Source: Antedon mediterranea (taxonomy: Eukaryota; Animalia; Echinodermata). Taken from it: DNA of 64,000 bases. Position 1 is the stretch's first letter. Every line of letters begins with the position of its first letter. The position numbers and the translations under genes were made by a program. Positions 25,380 through 38,500 of the stretch are shown one piece after another. A model generated the notes under the pieces. The model was not told where the DNA came from. It did no database searches and was given only the letters and a program-made list of their open reading frames with translations. The DNA is taken from the NCBI RefSeq assembly GCF_964355755.1, contig NC_092680.1, positions 16,129,045 to 16,193,044 on the forward strand, in the 5' to 3' direction.

Positions 25380-27761
25380 GCTTCGCTCGCGTACCATCTA
25401 GGTCGTGCCCACAGATGGTTCTCGAATACACAGTAGTAATTTCAGCGTAACAAAACTGGCGATTTCAAATGTACTATTATATAATACATTGTCGTTTACA
25501 GAAACGAATAAATAGACACGATGATTTATGTAGTCAACTAAAATTAGCACCCTGGGAATTACTTCCGAAGGAGAAACTTATCACAAAATGAGAAAGAACT
25601 GTCAGTATAAAGTTTATTTGTATATAATAATGTGTTTATATATCTAACAGTATAGAGCCTATCCACAATCTCAGTAATAAAGTTTATTTGTATATATTTT
25701 TATATTACATTCACATTAAAAAATGTTCGATTCAAATGAGGACCAAAAATAGTTAATAGGTATTTACAGTATTGTCAATAGTATTGCAAGTTTATTCTCA
25801 AAGGGCCCATATATTTACCTACCGTATGTGTTAAACCAAGGGCTCATAAATTTACCTACTTGTGTTAAACCAAACTCTGACAGACTGAGAGATTGGGATG
25901 TTCCATTCATCGCAAATCAATACATTTGTATAATCGTATATTAAATCTATCAAAATAGTATTTTTTAAAGAAAATCGGCCTGTCTTCAACATTATGATGC
26001 TGTACTCTAGCTGTTCAACCGGTTTTCAGCTATTAAAAACAATTATCGTAGGAGGAGATAGGAAAATGCGAAGCCTCCTCGCATTTTTGTGGCGGGTATT
26101 TTTCAAGATAGACATCCATTAGACAGTGTATACCACGATCGGAAAACACCCCTATTTGGGGCAAATCGTTGAACCTAAATTCGTTTTAATCGTCAATAAC
26201 TAATTATCTATATATAAATTTACGTAAAGGCTGGTTTCCTGTCGACGTAAGAACATTACTTTTGTTGCGACTACGTCGATTTGTCGATTACGATCGAAAA
26301 TTTACAAAATCGACGCAACGTAAGAAAAATGGTAACGACAAACGATTTTACAGGAAACCGATGACCTAACAATTGTTGCGTTACGACGTTTTCTTCCGAT
26401 TTTACAGGAAACCGGGATTTTTGATCTTACGCTTGAATGAATGCCCTTGCGTCACGTTTCTTACGTCTCTTACGAAAGTTGACTTGAAGTCAACTTTCGC
26501 AAGAGACGTAAGCGCAATCGTAACAAGCAACCAATGAGCGACAAGAGTTATGACGTAATGTGTATGTCCTTATAGTGAAATAAAGCCGGACAATAACATT
26601 TGTATGTATTTACTACTATAATTTTAGCCCACTTTACGATGTTGTACATACTTTACAAATGCACAGTAGTTTCAATATAGGCCTAATAATGTTCTAATCA
26701 GGGAGTTTACAACTCATATCAAAATCTAATACTCTTATTTATGAACGTGCAATAAACAATCAGCATCGGTAGAAACGTCACGAAAATGAACATTTTCAAC
26801 AAGATAAGATATAGAAAGCCCCTTTGTAAGCAATATAATATTATTATGTAACTTAAAAAATGTTTGCTTGATTTTGTATAATTTATATTGTTTTGTTAAA
26901 TTTATTCTTATTATAGGCCTGTAAATAATGGGTATCTTACTGCGGTAGTACTATGGCCTAGCCTAGGGCCTAGCATGGAACTATAATATAATAGTTCCAT
27001 GGGTAGGTCTAATAATAATAGGAATCCCGAAATGATTTGCCTTTTTTAATTTTGAAAACTATTTAAGGCTAGGCCTAGAGGGCCAGGATAATTAATTCAT
27101 ATTTTTATTCATACAGTAGTACATTACTAGCCTAGGCTCCTAGGCTAGTTTGATTAGATTTTGGTCAAATCAATTCATATTAGTACAGTATTAATTAAGT
27201 ATTATTACTAATACTAGGGCCTAGCCTATCTACTGAAAATAATATGTTGGTGTGCTGCACTGACCTGAGTAGCTACAGGTACAATAACAACATTCAACAT
27301 TTCGCGCGAAAAAGGATAAAACCCGCTCTAAAAAGAAACACCAATCACAGATGTTGTTTCAAATACGTCATAAATCTGACCGACGTAAGAAAAAAATTTC
27401 AACTTTCGTAACAACACTAAAATCGGCGTAAGCATACGACGTGTGTTTCACAGCCAAAATTTCAACTTTCGGGAGCAGCATAACTACAGATGTTTCTCTG
27501 CGGCCCGACACGATCTTGATTAACGTCAACGACGTCAATTTTTTCTCAACTTTCGTAAGAGACGTAAGAAACGTATGAAACGCAAGAATCGTTGCAAAAT
27601 TCGACTTCTTACGTCGACAGGAAACCAGCCTTAAGGGCAAAATTCGGTAAATCGCGCCTTACTTCTAGAATTTTTACTCGATGGTATATAAAGTTGGTTC
27701 GTACTTTCGGTACTGATTTTAACCACCTGATGTAACCCTGTTTACTAATTAAATTAAGTTA
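25380..27761 (-). mobile_element. Rearranged Helitron copy (3' tip truncated, 5' 150 bp inverted, MITE inserted)
   Basis: 25380-26210 matches the family in minus orientation; 26211-26227 plus 27635-27761 is the family 5' end in opposite orientation. Confidence 0.85.
26228..27631. mobile_element. PIF/Harbinger non-autonomous element
   Basis: TIR AGGCTGGTTTCCTGTCGACGTAAGAA; TAA TSD confirmed by the empty site tttacgTAAgggc in the Helitron copy at about 23320-23333. Confidence 0.92.
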
Positions 27762-28334
27762 CAGGATTACAAGCTGTGCTGCTATCAAAAGCGGACTGAT
27801 CCATTAAAAAAATATATATATTTTAAAGAATCGATTTACTCTTTCTTCAGTACCTATGTATTATTTTCATCATTAACATTTGATATTACCGTTTCCTAGT
27901 AGTAGTTTCTACCTCTTTTTTGGGCGATCCTTCTACCAGGCCTGTGTATTCCTAAGGTACTTTCTATTCTGCGCCTCCTGAGGTTACTGGCTAGGAGGCT
28001 TGTGCCCTCATTTGACAAGTGGTAACCATCAGCGGCTAAGAGTATGTTCACCAGTTCACCATTCCTTAGGAAGTTGCTATTGTCACAAAAAAGTATGTTC
28101 GGCTGTTGCTCAGTGCGTATTCTGTGTTTTAGACATGAGTTCACAATTTCTATTTCAAAGTTTAGAGGGCCAGCACGTGGTAGGCCGAGAGAAATAATAC
28201 AATTTGTTTTTGGATGGCTCTTTGCATAATCACTAATTATGCTGTATAGTGAGTTCGCAGTTTTCTGCGGGCATTTCCTTTACTGAGTTAGTTATTTCAT
28301 TGTCAAGCAGTCTGGAGCAGCGTCGCTTTCTACA

Positions 28335-29300
28335 AGGGCTGTCCGGATCGCGATTTTTTTTTTCGTACGTAAGTTGGGGACCCCCTCATGAAACGTCACA
28401 AAATAAACATGAATAATTCATCAGTTAAATTTTCTTGTTCCGTGTGCACCCAAGCGTATAGCAACAAGAAGTGATTACAGTGATTCTAGGCCTATATCCG
28501 CTGTTGTTGCGGCGTGCGATTTCATAGAAGAATAGCGGCGTTTTGTGTGGATTGTCGAAATAATCAGCCTTTAGTTTATGGTGTTTTTAATATAATTTTT
28601 TACTAAAGAATTACGTGTTAAAACTATAGTTTCTATTAATACTATTAGGCCTAATTATTAGTCTCTAAACCCATGTCTATTCTAGTAGTAGCTGTGTGGG
28701 TGTGTGTGACGTGTGTGTGTGTGTTAGGTATGACCAAAGATAGTTACACTATAGTGTAACTATCTTTGGTATGACACAATCCGAGTAATAAGTCAGCAAA
28801 ATTAAACAATAAACATTACACAAAAATACATTTTTATTCTCGTGGGTCAAATCTTCCCATCTCATGTGTTCATATACGCGCATTTTTAAAGTTCCTTTGA
28901 GTACATGCATATATATTGTTTGATAATAAAATAGCAGAATTAAAAAAATACAGTACACAAATTATACACATTCTTTATTCTTGTGGGTCTAAGCTTTCTT
29001 TGGGCTATGTCCAATGAATTACTACTTAGTCTAATGTCTTGCCTAGCTGTCGATTAGCCTCGACTCGACACATTTTGTGTGAAGAAGAGTGTGCGAAGGC
29101 AATGACGTGAATTGACTTAGAATCCTAGGCCTACTGTAGAAAGTATCGTATCGCAGTTGTGTAATCACTTCTTGTTGCTATACGCTTGGGTGCACACGGA
29201 ACAACAAATTTAACTGATGAATTATTCATGTTTATTTTGTGACGTTTCATGAAGGGGTCCCCAACTTATGTACGAAAAAAAAAATCGCGTCCGGATCTCT
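28335..29300. mobile_element. Long-TIR MITE, Kolobok-like
   Basis: About 150-bp TIRs (tccggatcgcgatttt...gtgtgcacccaagcgtatagcaacaagaagtgattac); a related single end at about 47095-47185 terminates at TTAA. Confidence 0.75.
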
Positions 29301-30425
29301 TCAATGGTGTAAGCTTTAATTATGCTTATACCTCTGCTTGTGGGACAATGCGACTGGTTTCTATATTGTTTAGATGCAAGTTTCCAATAATGAGTACAGT
29401 CGGTTTTGCCTCCACTCTTGTTTCAGGGACACTTGATTGCTGCGTGTGCCTTCTGTTGACGGATTGCATGCGCGTACGTAGTTTGAGCTCCGTCTTGCTG
29501 CTTTCTTGTATGCACAGTTTAGAAGTTTGAGGTATCTACCGCTAGCTGAGTTCGTTTGGCTTCGTAAACTATCGCTTTTGCGATTTCACTCCTAGCTGCG
29601 TCTAGTTGGACTTGTAAAGTTGTAATGTGTTTGTCCTTAGTAGCAATAACTTCACTTGTACGTCTTACCTCTGTGATTGTATTAGCAGTAGCTTTTGCTT
29701 CTTTTTCTGCTCTGTTTGTCTGTTCTCGGATCTTTTCTATCTCAGTTCGTGTACCATATTGGCATATTTTAGATTCTCAGTTTGTTGCTTTAGTTCTTGT
29801 CTAAGCAGTTGCCTTTAGCTTTGCATTTTCAATAGAGATATCGTTTTTTTTGTCTCAGTTCTTTCCGTAGCAATTCTATTTCCGATTTTAGCGACTTGTT
29901 TTCTGTAAGGATTCGTTCTTTATCTTTTTCTCTTTCTTTTATGCGATTAAGTTCATCACTATCAGTAGTAGTAGTAGTAGTAGTTATCTTGTTAGGACGT
30001 CTGGTTGCGTTACCGATCTGTTCTTCTTGATATCTTATCCGCTGATTCAAGACAAGAATGGTTTCGGTTATGGTTGAGAGTATACTTGGGATGCGTCGAC
30101 ATAGGACAGATCCAAGTTCCCTTTTTTCCTTTAGCATCTACACATGCTCTATGGTATTGTTTGTTGCACAGGGTGCATGTTATTGAGTTTTTGTTTTTAT
30201 TGGTTAAGTTGCATCCTGTTACACATTCAATACCTTCTCTTCCAGTCATTAAAAAATCCTCTAGTATGTGTTTTTTCCCTTCCGCTTTAGTGTCATTTTC
30301 ATTATTTACAAAAGATGACGTTGATTGCTGCGAAAATTGGATTAGGTCATTATCTGACTCCATTGTTTGTAGCTGGTCAAGCATGAAGACCGCGCTTGCC
30401 AGTAACGTGAATAGGGTTTGATCAG

Positions 30426-30937
30426 TAGGGAGGTTTCGCAACCTTACGAATACGATAACGAAAACGGATACGTCATACATTTGTGAAACTGTTGAGCTGA
30501 TCCCCATTTCATATTCGTAAAGCGTATTCGTGTTGACGAATATCACCAGTCATATTCGTAACTACAAAACGAGTATAGTTTTTGATCTATTTGCACATTT
30601 TGCATTTGAATCAGGAATGATTCATGATTATAATATAATTATAGATTTATTGAAAGTAATTTACTAAAGTAATTTACTAAAATGCCAAGTCAATTTTGAT
30701 AAATAGCAGTTTTTAAAGTCCTCACACTCGCTTTGATGTTACGCTAGGCCTAGGCAGCCAAGCACCAAGCAACACGTACCTGCGCTTCGCTCAAATTTAC
30801 CGCAGTCATATTTTGGACGCACCCTCAATATTTCGTTGCCATGCGAAACAGATTTTTTTATGGCTTACGAAAACGAATACGTGTGTGTGACGTATCCGTT
30901 TTCGTTATCGTATTCGTAAGGTTGCGAAACCTCCCTA
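30426..30937. mobile_element. Intact 512-bp TIR element (TAGGGAGGTTTCGCAACC family)
   Basis: Near-perfect TIRs of about 50 bp; same family as 2147-6791. Confidence 0.92.
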
Positions 30938-32126
30938 CTGTTGACTGAGGTGTGACAGGGACAATTACCTATTGACTGTAACAAGCTTGGCGTTGATTGG
31001 CTGATTCAGATATGATATTGTTCCATCGTTCATCAATAGATCACAATGATGGGATGGACCATATAGCTATTTGTTGCAGGTACTGGATCTTTAAGTTTAT
31101 CTTTAGTGGGCCTAGCGTTGCTATGGTTCCAGAAATCCACTATTTAGTTCAATATCGACATCTGATCAAACACTTACGTAGTACATAGTGCTTTGGAGGT
31201 TATAAATCCGATCCTTACTTTCAATGAAAATGAAACAGATTTTAAACCAGTCTTAGCCGTGACTTCGTAGTGACCGATGTTTTATTGTTTGGCTATATGT
31301 TATAGCTCATCAGAATGAAAAGTGATTCTCGTGATTAAAACGTTTTCTGGAAGCTGTTGAATTGTCAATACGAATTCATGTACAAATTTTGCGTATTGGA
31401 TGTTATGACGTCATCATATGGTCAGTTGAATTATAGAAGTCGTATTTTCATATTTTGCGTCATAGTTCATGACATTTAAAAGAGCGCGCATCCATATTCT
31501 ACGTATCTAAACACTTTAATATGTAGTTGCTCAGATAATTCCCTTCCAAAATTGTTATCTACGTGTTTCATTTCGATGACGTCATCATGTTAAAAATTGA
31601 ATAAAAGACCGTCTCGTTATTTTCACCTATTTTGCACTGTATGTACTATTATACTGTATTATACATAGACACAAGATAGAGGGCACACTAACATTTTATT
31701 TTCTTCAGGTCACCATAGCATAATCGTTTTTTTTATGTTTTATGTACGCAATATTCTAACGTATGACGTGCACGTGGTTTTTGCGCGGCAAATAACCTAA
31801 CTTGTCCATAGTGACGAGTTTAAATCTAGTTATTTTTACTTTTGTTTTCAATAATACATCCGACATCGATTTAGCCAATTACAGAAACAATACTTTATAC
31901 AGTCAGAAGCCTATTCATTACGAGCTTTCTTTTCATTTACAGTGATCGAATGTTAATTTATTGCACGAGATACGTTTGCATTGTAGTGGGAACCAAGCTT
32001 TTAGGACAAACACGCATGCGCAAGTCTGACCAATGAAGTTTTGGTGCATAGGCTATTATCAGGCCTGACATACGTCTTTGTTTGTCACAATGATAACAAA
32101 ATAATCTTCGCGGATGCGTTTGTACA

Positions 32127-32508
32127 ATGCGACGAATTCAGAAAAAAATTGTTTTTTTGTTTCTTATTTCATTTACAAATAGTCAAACACTTCCAATAGT
32201 CAATGTACAAGATGCTTATGTTACATTAGGTGAAGATGCCGTCATCAACTGCGATTACACACTCACAAATACAAGAACTGTTCTTAGTGTTCAATGGTTG
32301 AATAGCACTTCAACAGGGGATGCGTTAAACATTCTTGTTAATACTCGTACATCTAACCCAAATGGTAGATACACAGCTAGTGTACAAACTGGTGTTGCTA
32401 CTCTTACAATTACGAAAGCAGTTTTAGCTGATGACGGATATTACCAATGTAGAATTGTTGATTCATCTTACGAAGTTGGTGAACATTTTGGAAAACTTTA
32501 TGTCAATT
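32127..32508 (+). CDS. Exon 1: signal peptide plus Ig V domain
   Basis: MRRIQKKIVFLFLISFTNS-QTLP; GEDAVINC...VQW...PNGRY...ATLTITKAVLADDGYYQC; donor T|gtaag; clearly paralogous to 20136-20553. Confidence 0.9.
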
Positions 32509-35500
32509 GTAAGTATATATCATGCTTAAAATAGTACTAGCTTCTCTTTGAACTGAAAAAAATCAAATCTCACTTACTTGTAACTTACTTACTTGTAAGT
32601 TTGAAAAGTCTTAAGAATCACAACTAAAACGAACTGTGTTCATGAACGTTGAATATTAAGTAAAATTCACCAACAACCGGGTAATACACTAAAAGGAATT
32701 CGGAAATTAAGTTATCGTAACATCGGATCCAGTCTAGGCCTAATAAAAACATTATTGTAATAATAAAAACAATAGTAGTGATAATTATACAACCGGGCCT
32801 TTAAAAAAATAACGACATTTTGGTTTGATCGATTGGTACATGATCTTCATCATGGGAGCAGGCTGGTTGCTTCCTGAACATCCCCCATCTCACCGGCCTA
32901 ACATCCCCCACGTATTTCCCCCTGAACATTTTACTCGCGTGACATTTTCCCCTAGGACCGTGTTCCCCTCCACTATGACATTTCTTCTAGACATTTGACA
33001 AATACCGGGAGAAAATGTCAGAGGATAAACCAGCCTAGAATTTTTTAAACATACACATTTCTGTTATCTTACAGATATTGATGACGTTATAAATAACATC
33101 ACTTCATCTACTGATCCATCTTTTACAATGACATGTTCTGGAAATGGTAACCCTGTTCCTCAATTAGAGCTTTACCATAATGGGAACATCATAGCAAGTG
33201 ACACTACAACGCTAACATACACAAGACATAGGGTGACAGAAGATGACAGTGGAAACTACACATGTATAGCTAGTAATACTGTTGGAAAAAAGGAAAGTGC
33301 TGTGATACAACTAGATTACTGTAAGTGTACGTGTCTTCTCGGATAAGGACTATAAACCGTAGGTCCAGTGTACACAACTAGCTCGTGTGCACTTTAAAGA
33401 ACCTAGTACATCTTTCGAGACGAGTAGGGGGTTACCCCGGTGTATTAGTACATCACAGCCACTGATCACCAACTGGGACTTCTGGGAGATCAGTCTTTGA
33501 CTGAAGAGGTCACCCAGAACAAACAAACTTCTTACGCTCTTTGTGAGACTTGCTCCTTCAGTCAGTATTTTTAAATCACGACTGATCTGAAAGCCCATCT
33601 GTTCTCATCCGGTATTAATTAACTTATTCATTCATTCATTTATTCCTTCCCCGAAACCTTGACTCAGAAATACCGGGATGGTGTCCGGCGGGGGATAGTT
33701 TAACCCTAGCTTAAGTTGTGCATGCTTCATTTACTCTCTATTCTTAATTCTGGCCCCGAAACCTTGACTCAGAAATACCGGGATGGTGTCCGGCGGGGGA
33801 TAGTTTTACCTTAGTTAAGCATAGTTAAGCTTAGTTACATTTTTTTTTTTCACAGTATTGATTGTCTCCATCCCCGAAACCTCGACTAAGAAATACTGGA
33901 ATGGTGTCCGGCGGGGGATAGTTTATTACCATTAGTTAAGGTCCTATGTAAAGCACCTAGAGGGGTCAGTGATCCATTAGGCGCTATATAAATACTGTTT
34001 ATTATTATTATTATTCGCATTAAGGCAGCGATTGTTTTTCCTATACACACCATTAGAATAAATAAATAAACGCAAAGTATAAACACTAATGCTGTTAAGA
34101 TATTTCTTACACTATCAAACTAGTTTGACAAAAAAAATGTGGTGTGCCCAAAATATGTTGGTGATATGCCCAAATATGGTAGTGATATGACATCATGTCC
34201 ATATATATGGTACATCACATTTTTTGCACATAAAGTTTTATAGTGAAGACAGAGCTTTGGTTACATAAGCGCTGTTTCTCGTGAAAATGGACATTTTAAT
34301 GCATGTTATGGTATTTAATCCTACTGACGTCACTTCAATTCGACCGTTAATGAATATTAAAACGAAGATGACAAACCCACATTAATCGCAGTGTACAGAT
34401 TTTGTTTTGACAGGTATTACCAAACACACGAACGAAAAAGTTGCAGCTTTCCAAGAATTACCTTGTTTCGCTTATCTATACGGTATTAAAACACAAGCAA
34501 AATAGCAATTTATTAGATAATAACAATCAAAGTCAACCACGGTACATATTTCGGAACTTAATTTGACATACAGTTCCGTATAGTTTAATCAATAAAACCT
34601 AAGTGTTTATATATTTAGAAAATGAACTTAATGTGAAATAATAAAGCAATGATGCTATTATAGGCCCTATTAAGAATTTTATTTCAAATAATTATTGTAC
34701 AATTCGCGTAGTATTAAATGATATGTAAACAACAATAATCCAAGGGTCCTGGGTTCAAGTCCTGTCATATGTCACGATTTTTTCTCATGGCAACTTGAAA
34801 CTCCACTCCCAAAGAGAAGGATAGTGAATAACTTATGGTTATCCTTAACAATTTGCCTAAAATGAGGATAAATAAATGAATGAATGAATAAATAAATATA
34901 AGTGACGTAAATGGCAGTCATTCAAATTACATCATGTTGTAGCCTACATTAAGGGCGTGGTCGACCAGCCATATCATTGTTTTTAATACTTGCAACTTCT
35001 TCATATTTACCGGTGAACCAGCACTGTCTTGAATCCGCTTTTGAATTTAGAGTGACAATACCAACCACACGAAGGTTTATTTTCCATCAAATTTTAATTT
35101 CCTACATGAGCCCCCGATTGAGAATAATGCCTAATTATACTTGGACCTTAGAGGCGCGTACCAATGGATGATCTCACCATAAAGCCAAAATATAATTTGT
35201 GCCCAGTTTAACCCATCCAGTATTTTTTTTTTTTAGTTTTCAGCGTTTTTTGTTGTTTGTATTGTTTTTGTTCTGTCATGTAAGGTTGCAATTTCCGAGC
35301 AAATAAATAATGTATTTTTGTTCTCAGAATGGAAGATTTTAAATATTTATCTAAACTGTATGTGATCACCCCATGCGTGCGTGTTTGTATGTGTAGAGCC
35401 ATAGTTTTTTTATTCTGAATCTCACCAAACTCGGAAACAATGATCAATGACCCAACATCTCGCTGAATTTCGATATTGAAGGGGTTGGATCAAAATGCCA

Positions 35501-38500
35501 ATGTCAATCTACATCTCAACGGAGATACAAAATAAAATAAACAAAATGCTAAATCAAAACCATTAAGTAAACAGCCAAAAAGAAATATATATATAATTTT
35601 TTTTTCGGGGAAACTTTTATGTAGGGTAATTTTACAGTAGGAGGTATGCACTTTCGGAGTGCCTTCTAGTTATGGATATGCCTATTTTACTATCTATATA
35701 ACCTAAAACCACACATGTATGTTACCTTACAGATATTGATGACGTTTTAAATGATATTACTTCATCTACTGATGCCTATTTTACAATGATATGTTCTGGA
35801 AATGGTAATCCTGTTCCTCAGTTAAAGCTTTACCATAATGGAAAGATCATAGCAAGTGACACTACAATACTAACATACACAAGACATATGGTGACAGAAG
35901 ATGACAGTGGAAACTACACATGTATAGCTAGTAATACTGTTGGACACAAGGAAAGTGCTGTGATACAACTACATTACTGTAAGTGTAGACATCGGCATGT
36001 GCATGCCTTCTTACGCTCTCCTTGTCCCTGAAGCCTCTATTAGAACTAAATTTTGTTTGGTAAAAGCAACCAAACTCTTGTCCTATTTACCTTTCTATTC
36101 GCATTTAAGCAGTGATTGTTTTTTTTTTCATTTTATATAAACACAATTACAAAAAAAAATTATAATAGATAAATAAATAAATGGAAAATGTTTGCTTGAT
36201 TGCTGTTAACAAATTGATTTTTCTTAGATAAAGCTTGCTTTTATTTACTTCACATAAGCGCCTTTCTGGTGAAAATTGTTACTATTGACATTTTAATGTT
36301 ATCATATAATTCTACTGACGTCATCTATAAATTGGGCCATTAATGATTCTGATACTGAATACGAAGATGAAAAAAAACCCGTGGTGTAAAAAAATCGTGG
36401 TGTATAATATATATTTTGTTTGACATGTATTATAATTAGGCCTACCTGTCAAACACAGGAACTAAATAACGGTAACTTTTATGAGAAGTTTTTATTCCAA
36501 GAATTAACTTGTTTCGCCTATCTATACGGTAGTAAATGCACGCAAAATAGCAATTTATGAGACAATAGCAATCAAAGTTAATTATAGTACATGTTGCGGA
36601 ACTTAATTTGAATTTTTATCGCGTAGCTTGGATTAAAAAGAAAACCACTATATAATAATATATTATTAACGTAATTAATAAACTGATAAAGTATCATTTC
36701 CGATAATTTTGTTGGAAGTTATTTATAATTAATTGAACTAACTGGAAACAAAACATACATTAATTGTTTAATTAATAATATATTATATAATAATAATTAG
36801 GAGAGCCAATCCATAATAATGACGTACTGTAAGTGACCTTAAATCCTCTTTGAAGTAAGAGTTTCATTACCAGGCACATAGTTTATATTCCCTTAAATTG
36901 TGTCCAATTTAAGGAGACTAGGCCTATACAATATTCGGACCTCATGCCCAACCTCACCATAAAGCCAATATTATTTGAGCCCAGTATATTTAACCCATTC
37001 ATTAAAGGTTTTATATTTTAGCGTTTTGTTCCAACCTTCTGAACCGGTTCTGAGATTAAGGTAGACATTCCTGGGCAAGTAAATAATATGTTTAGTCTCA
37101 GAATAGAGGATTTTAATTTAATATTATTCTGGAATTGTCTGTGCTTAAATTTGCAGATTTGCAAAGCTAATTGGCATGTCTATTTTATTTATTGCAAAAT
37201 GTAGTACCGTGTATTTGTTGAATATGATTAGGCCTTAGTTTTACAATTAAACTACTTACTTATTCAGTATAGTTATTATAGTTATTATATTATCATGGAT
37301 GCGGCAAACTCGTTGTGCGGCTCAAAAATATGTTTGTTGTTGATGGCTATCTTTAATGTTTATGTTTCGGATTATATACTTTAGGAACCGATAACATATA
37401 ATTTCCAATAATTTTGTTGGCAGTTATTTTCAATGAATTGCAAACAAAACATTATTTAGCACTAATAGTGTGCTGTGAAAAGAGTGTTCACACCCACCGT
37501 ATGTAACTTAAGATTCTAAAAAAAATCTTTAAAATATCCGGTGACATTCAGCCTTTTACAACAATGTAGGCCTAATCATGTCCAATCCGGTGAAATCAAA
37601 GCTGCGGTAGTAATCGGAATACCGCATATTATATGGATGCCTATTTGATTAAAAATCTAAATAGGCCTAGGCCTAATCTATAACCAAAATATTATGCATT
37701 ACAGATATTGATGACGTTATAAATAACATCACTTCATCTACTGATCCATCTTTTACAATGACATGTTCTGGAAATGGTAATCCTGTTCCTCAGTTAGAGC
37801 TTTACTATAATGGGACCATCATAGCAAGTGACACTACAATGCTAACATACACAAGAGATAACGTGACAGAAGATGACAGTGGAAACTACACATGTATAGC
37901 TAGTAATACTGTTGGAAAAAGGGAAAGTACTGTGATACAACTAGATTACTGTAAGTGTGTAGACATCAGCATGTTCCTGCCTTCTTACTCTCTCTACTTT
38001 GGTAACTATTTTGTATATGAAATAAATTTGATTTGGCAAAAAGCAATCGAACTCTTTACCTATTTACCTTTCTACTCGCATTTTTTATTTCATATACACA
38101 AAAATCACAATAACTATTTAATAATAAATAGGCCTAAATCAATGCAAATTAAAGAAAGATTAATTAATTGCTGTATTGATATTTTTCTTAAACAAACCTG
38201 GTGAATAACTGCTTTTTCTTGTGAAAATTTTACGATTGACATTTTAATATTATAATATAATCATACTAACGTCACCTATAATGGGCCATTAATGATTCTG
38301 ATACTTAATACAAAGACGAAAAACCCACATTAATCACAGTGTATACATTTTGTTTGACAGGTCGTGTATTTAGGTAAACACACGAACAAAATTCTTTTAT
38401 GATTTTTCCAAGAATTGACTTGTTCCGCCTTTCTTATATGCCTAATTAATAGGCACGGCAGCAAATGCACACAGAAGAGCAATTTATTAGACAATAGCAA

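Larger units (their letters stand above)
27890..31170 (-). mobile_element. CR1-group LINE ORF1 relic (PHD finger, coiled coil, SGNH/GDSL esterase), interrupted by two MITEs
   Basis: CVTGC...ITCTLCNKQYHRACV...WICP (PHD); KEREKDKERILTENKSLKSEIELLRKEL (coiled coil); PTVLIIGN; ADGYHLSNEGTSLLASNL (DxxH); same strand as and upstream of the RT relic. Confidence 0.75.

Noticed and set aside
30010-30546. 178-aa PHD-finger host gene
   Set aside because: Chimeric ORF: the N-terminus comes from a MITE TIR and the rest from a decayed LINE ORF1
12898-32534. V(D)J-like somatic rearrangement of the V exons
   Set aside because: V exons are complete through the G strand and end at ordinary splice donors. The heptamer matches noticed (CACTGTG at 18644, CACAGTG at about 38335) have no nonamer at 12 or 23 bp. 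No RAG-like ORF is present.
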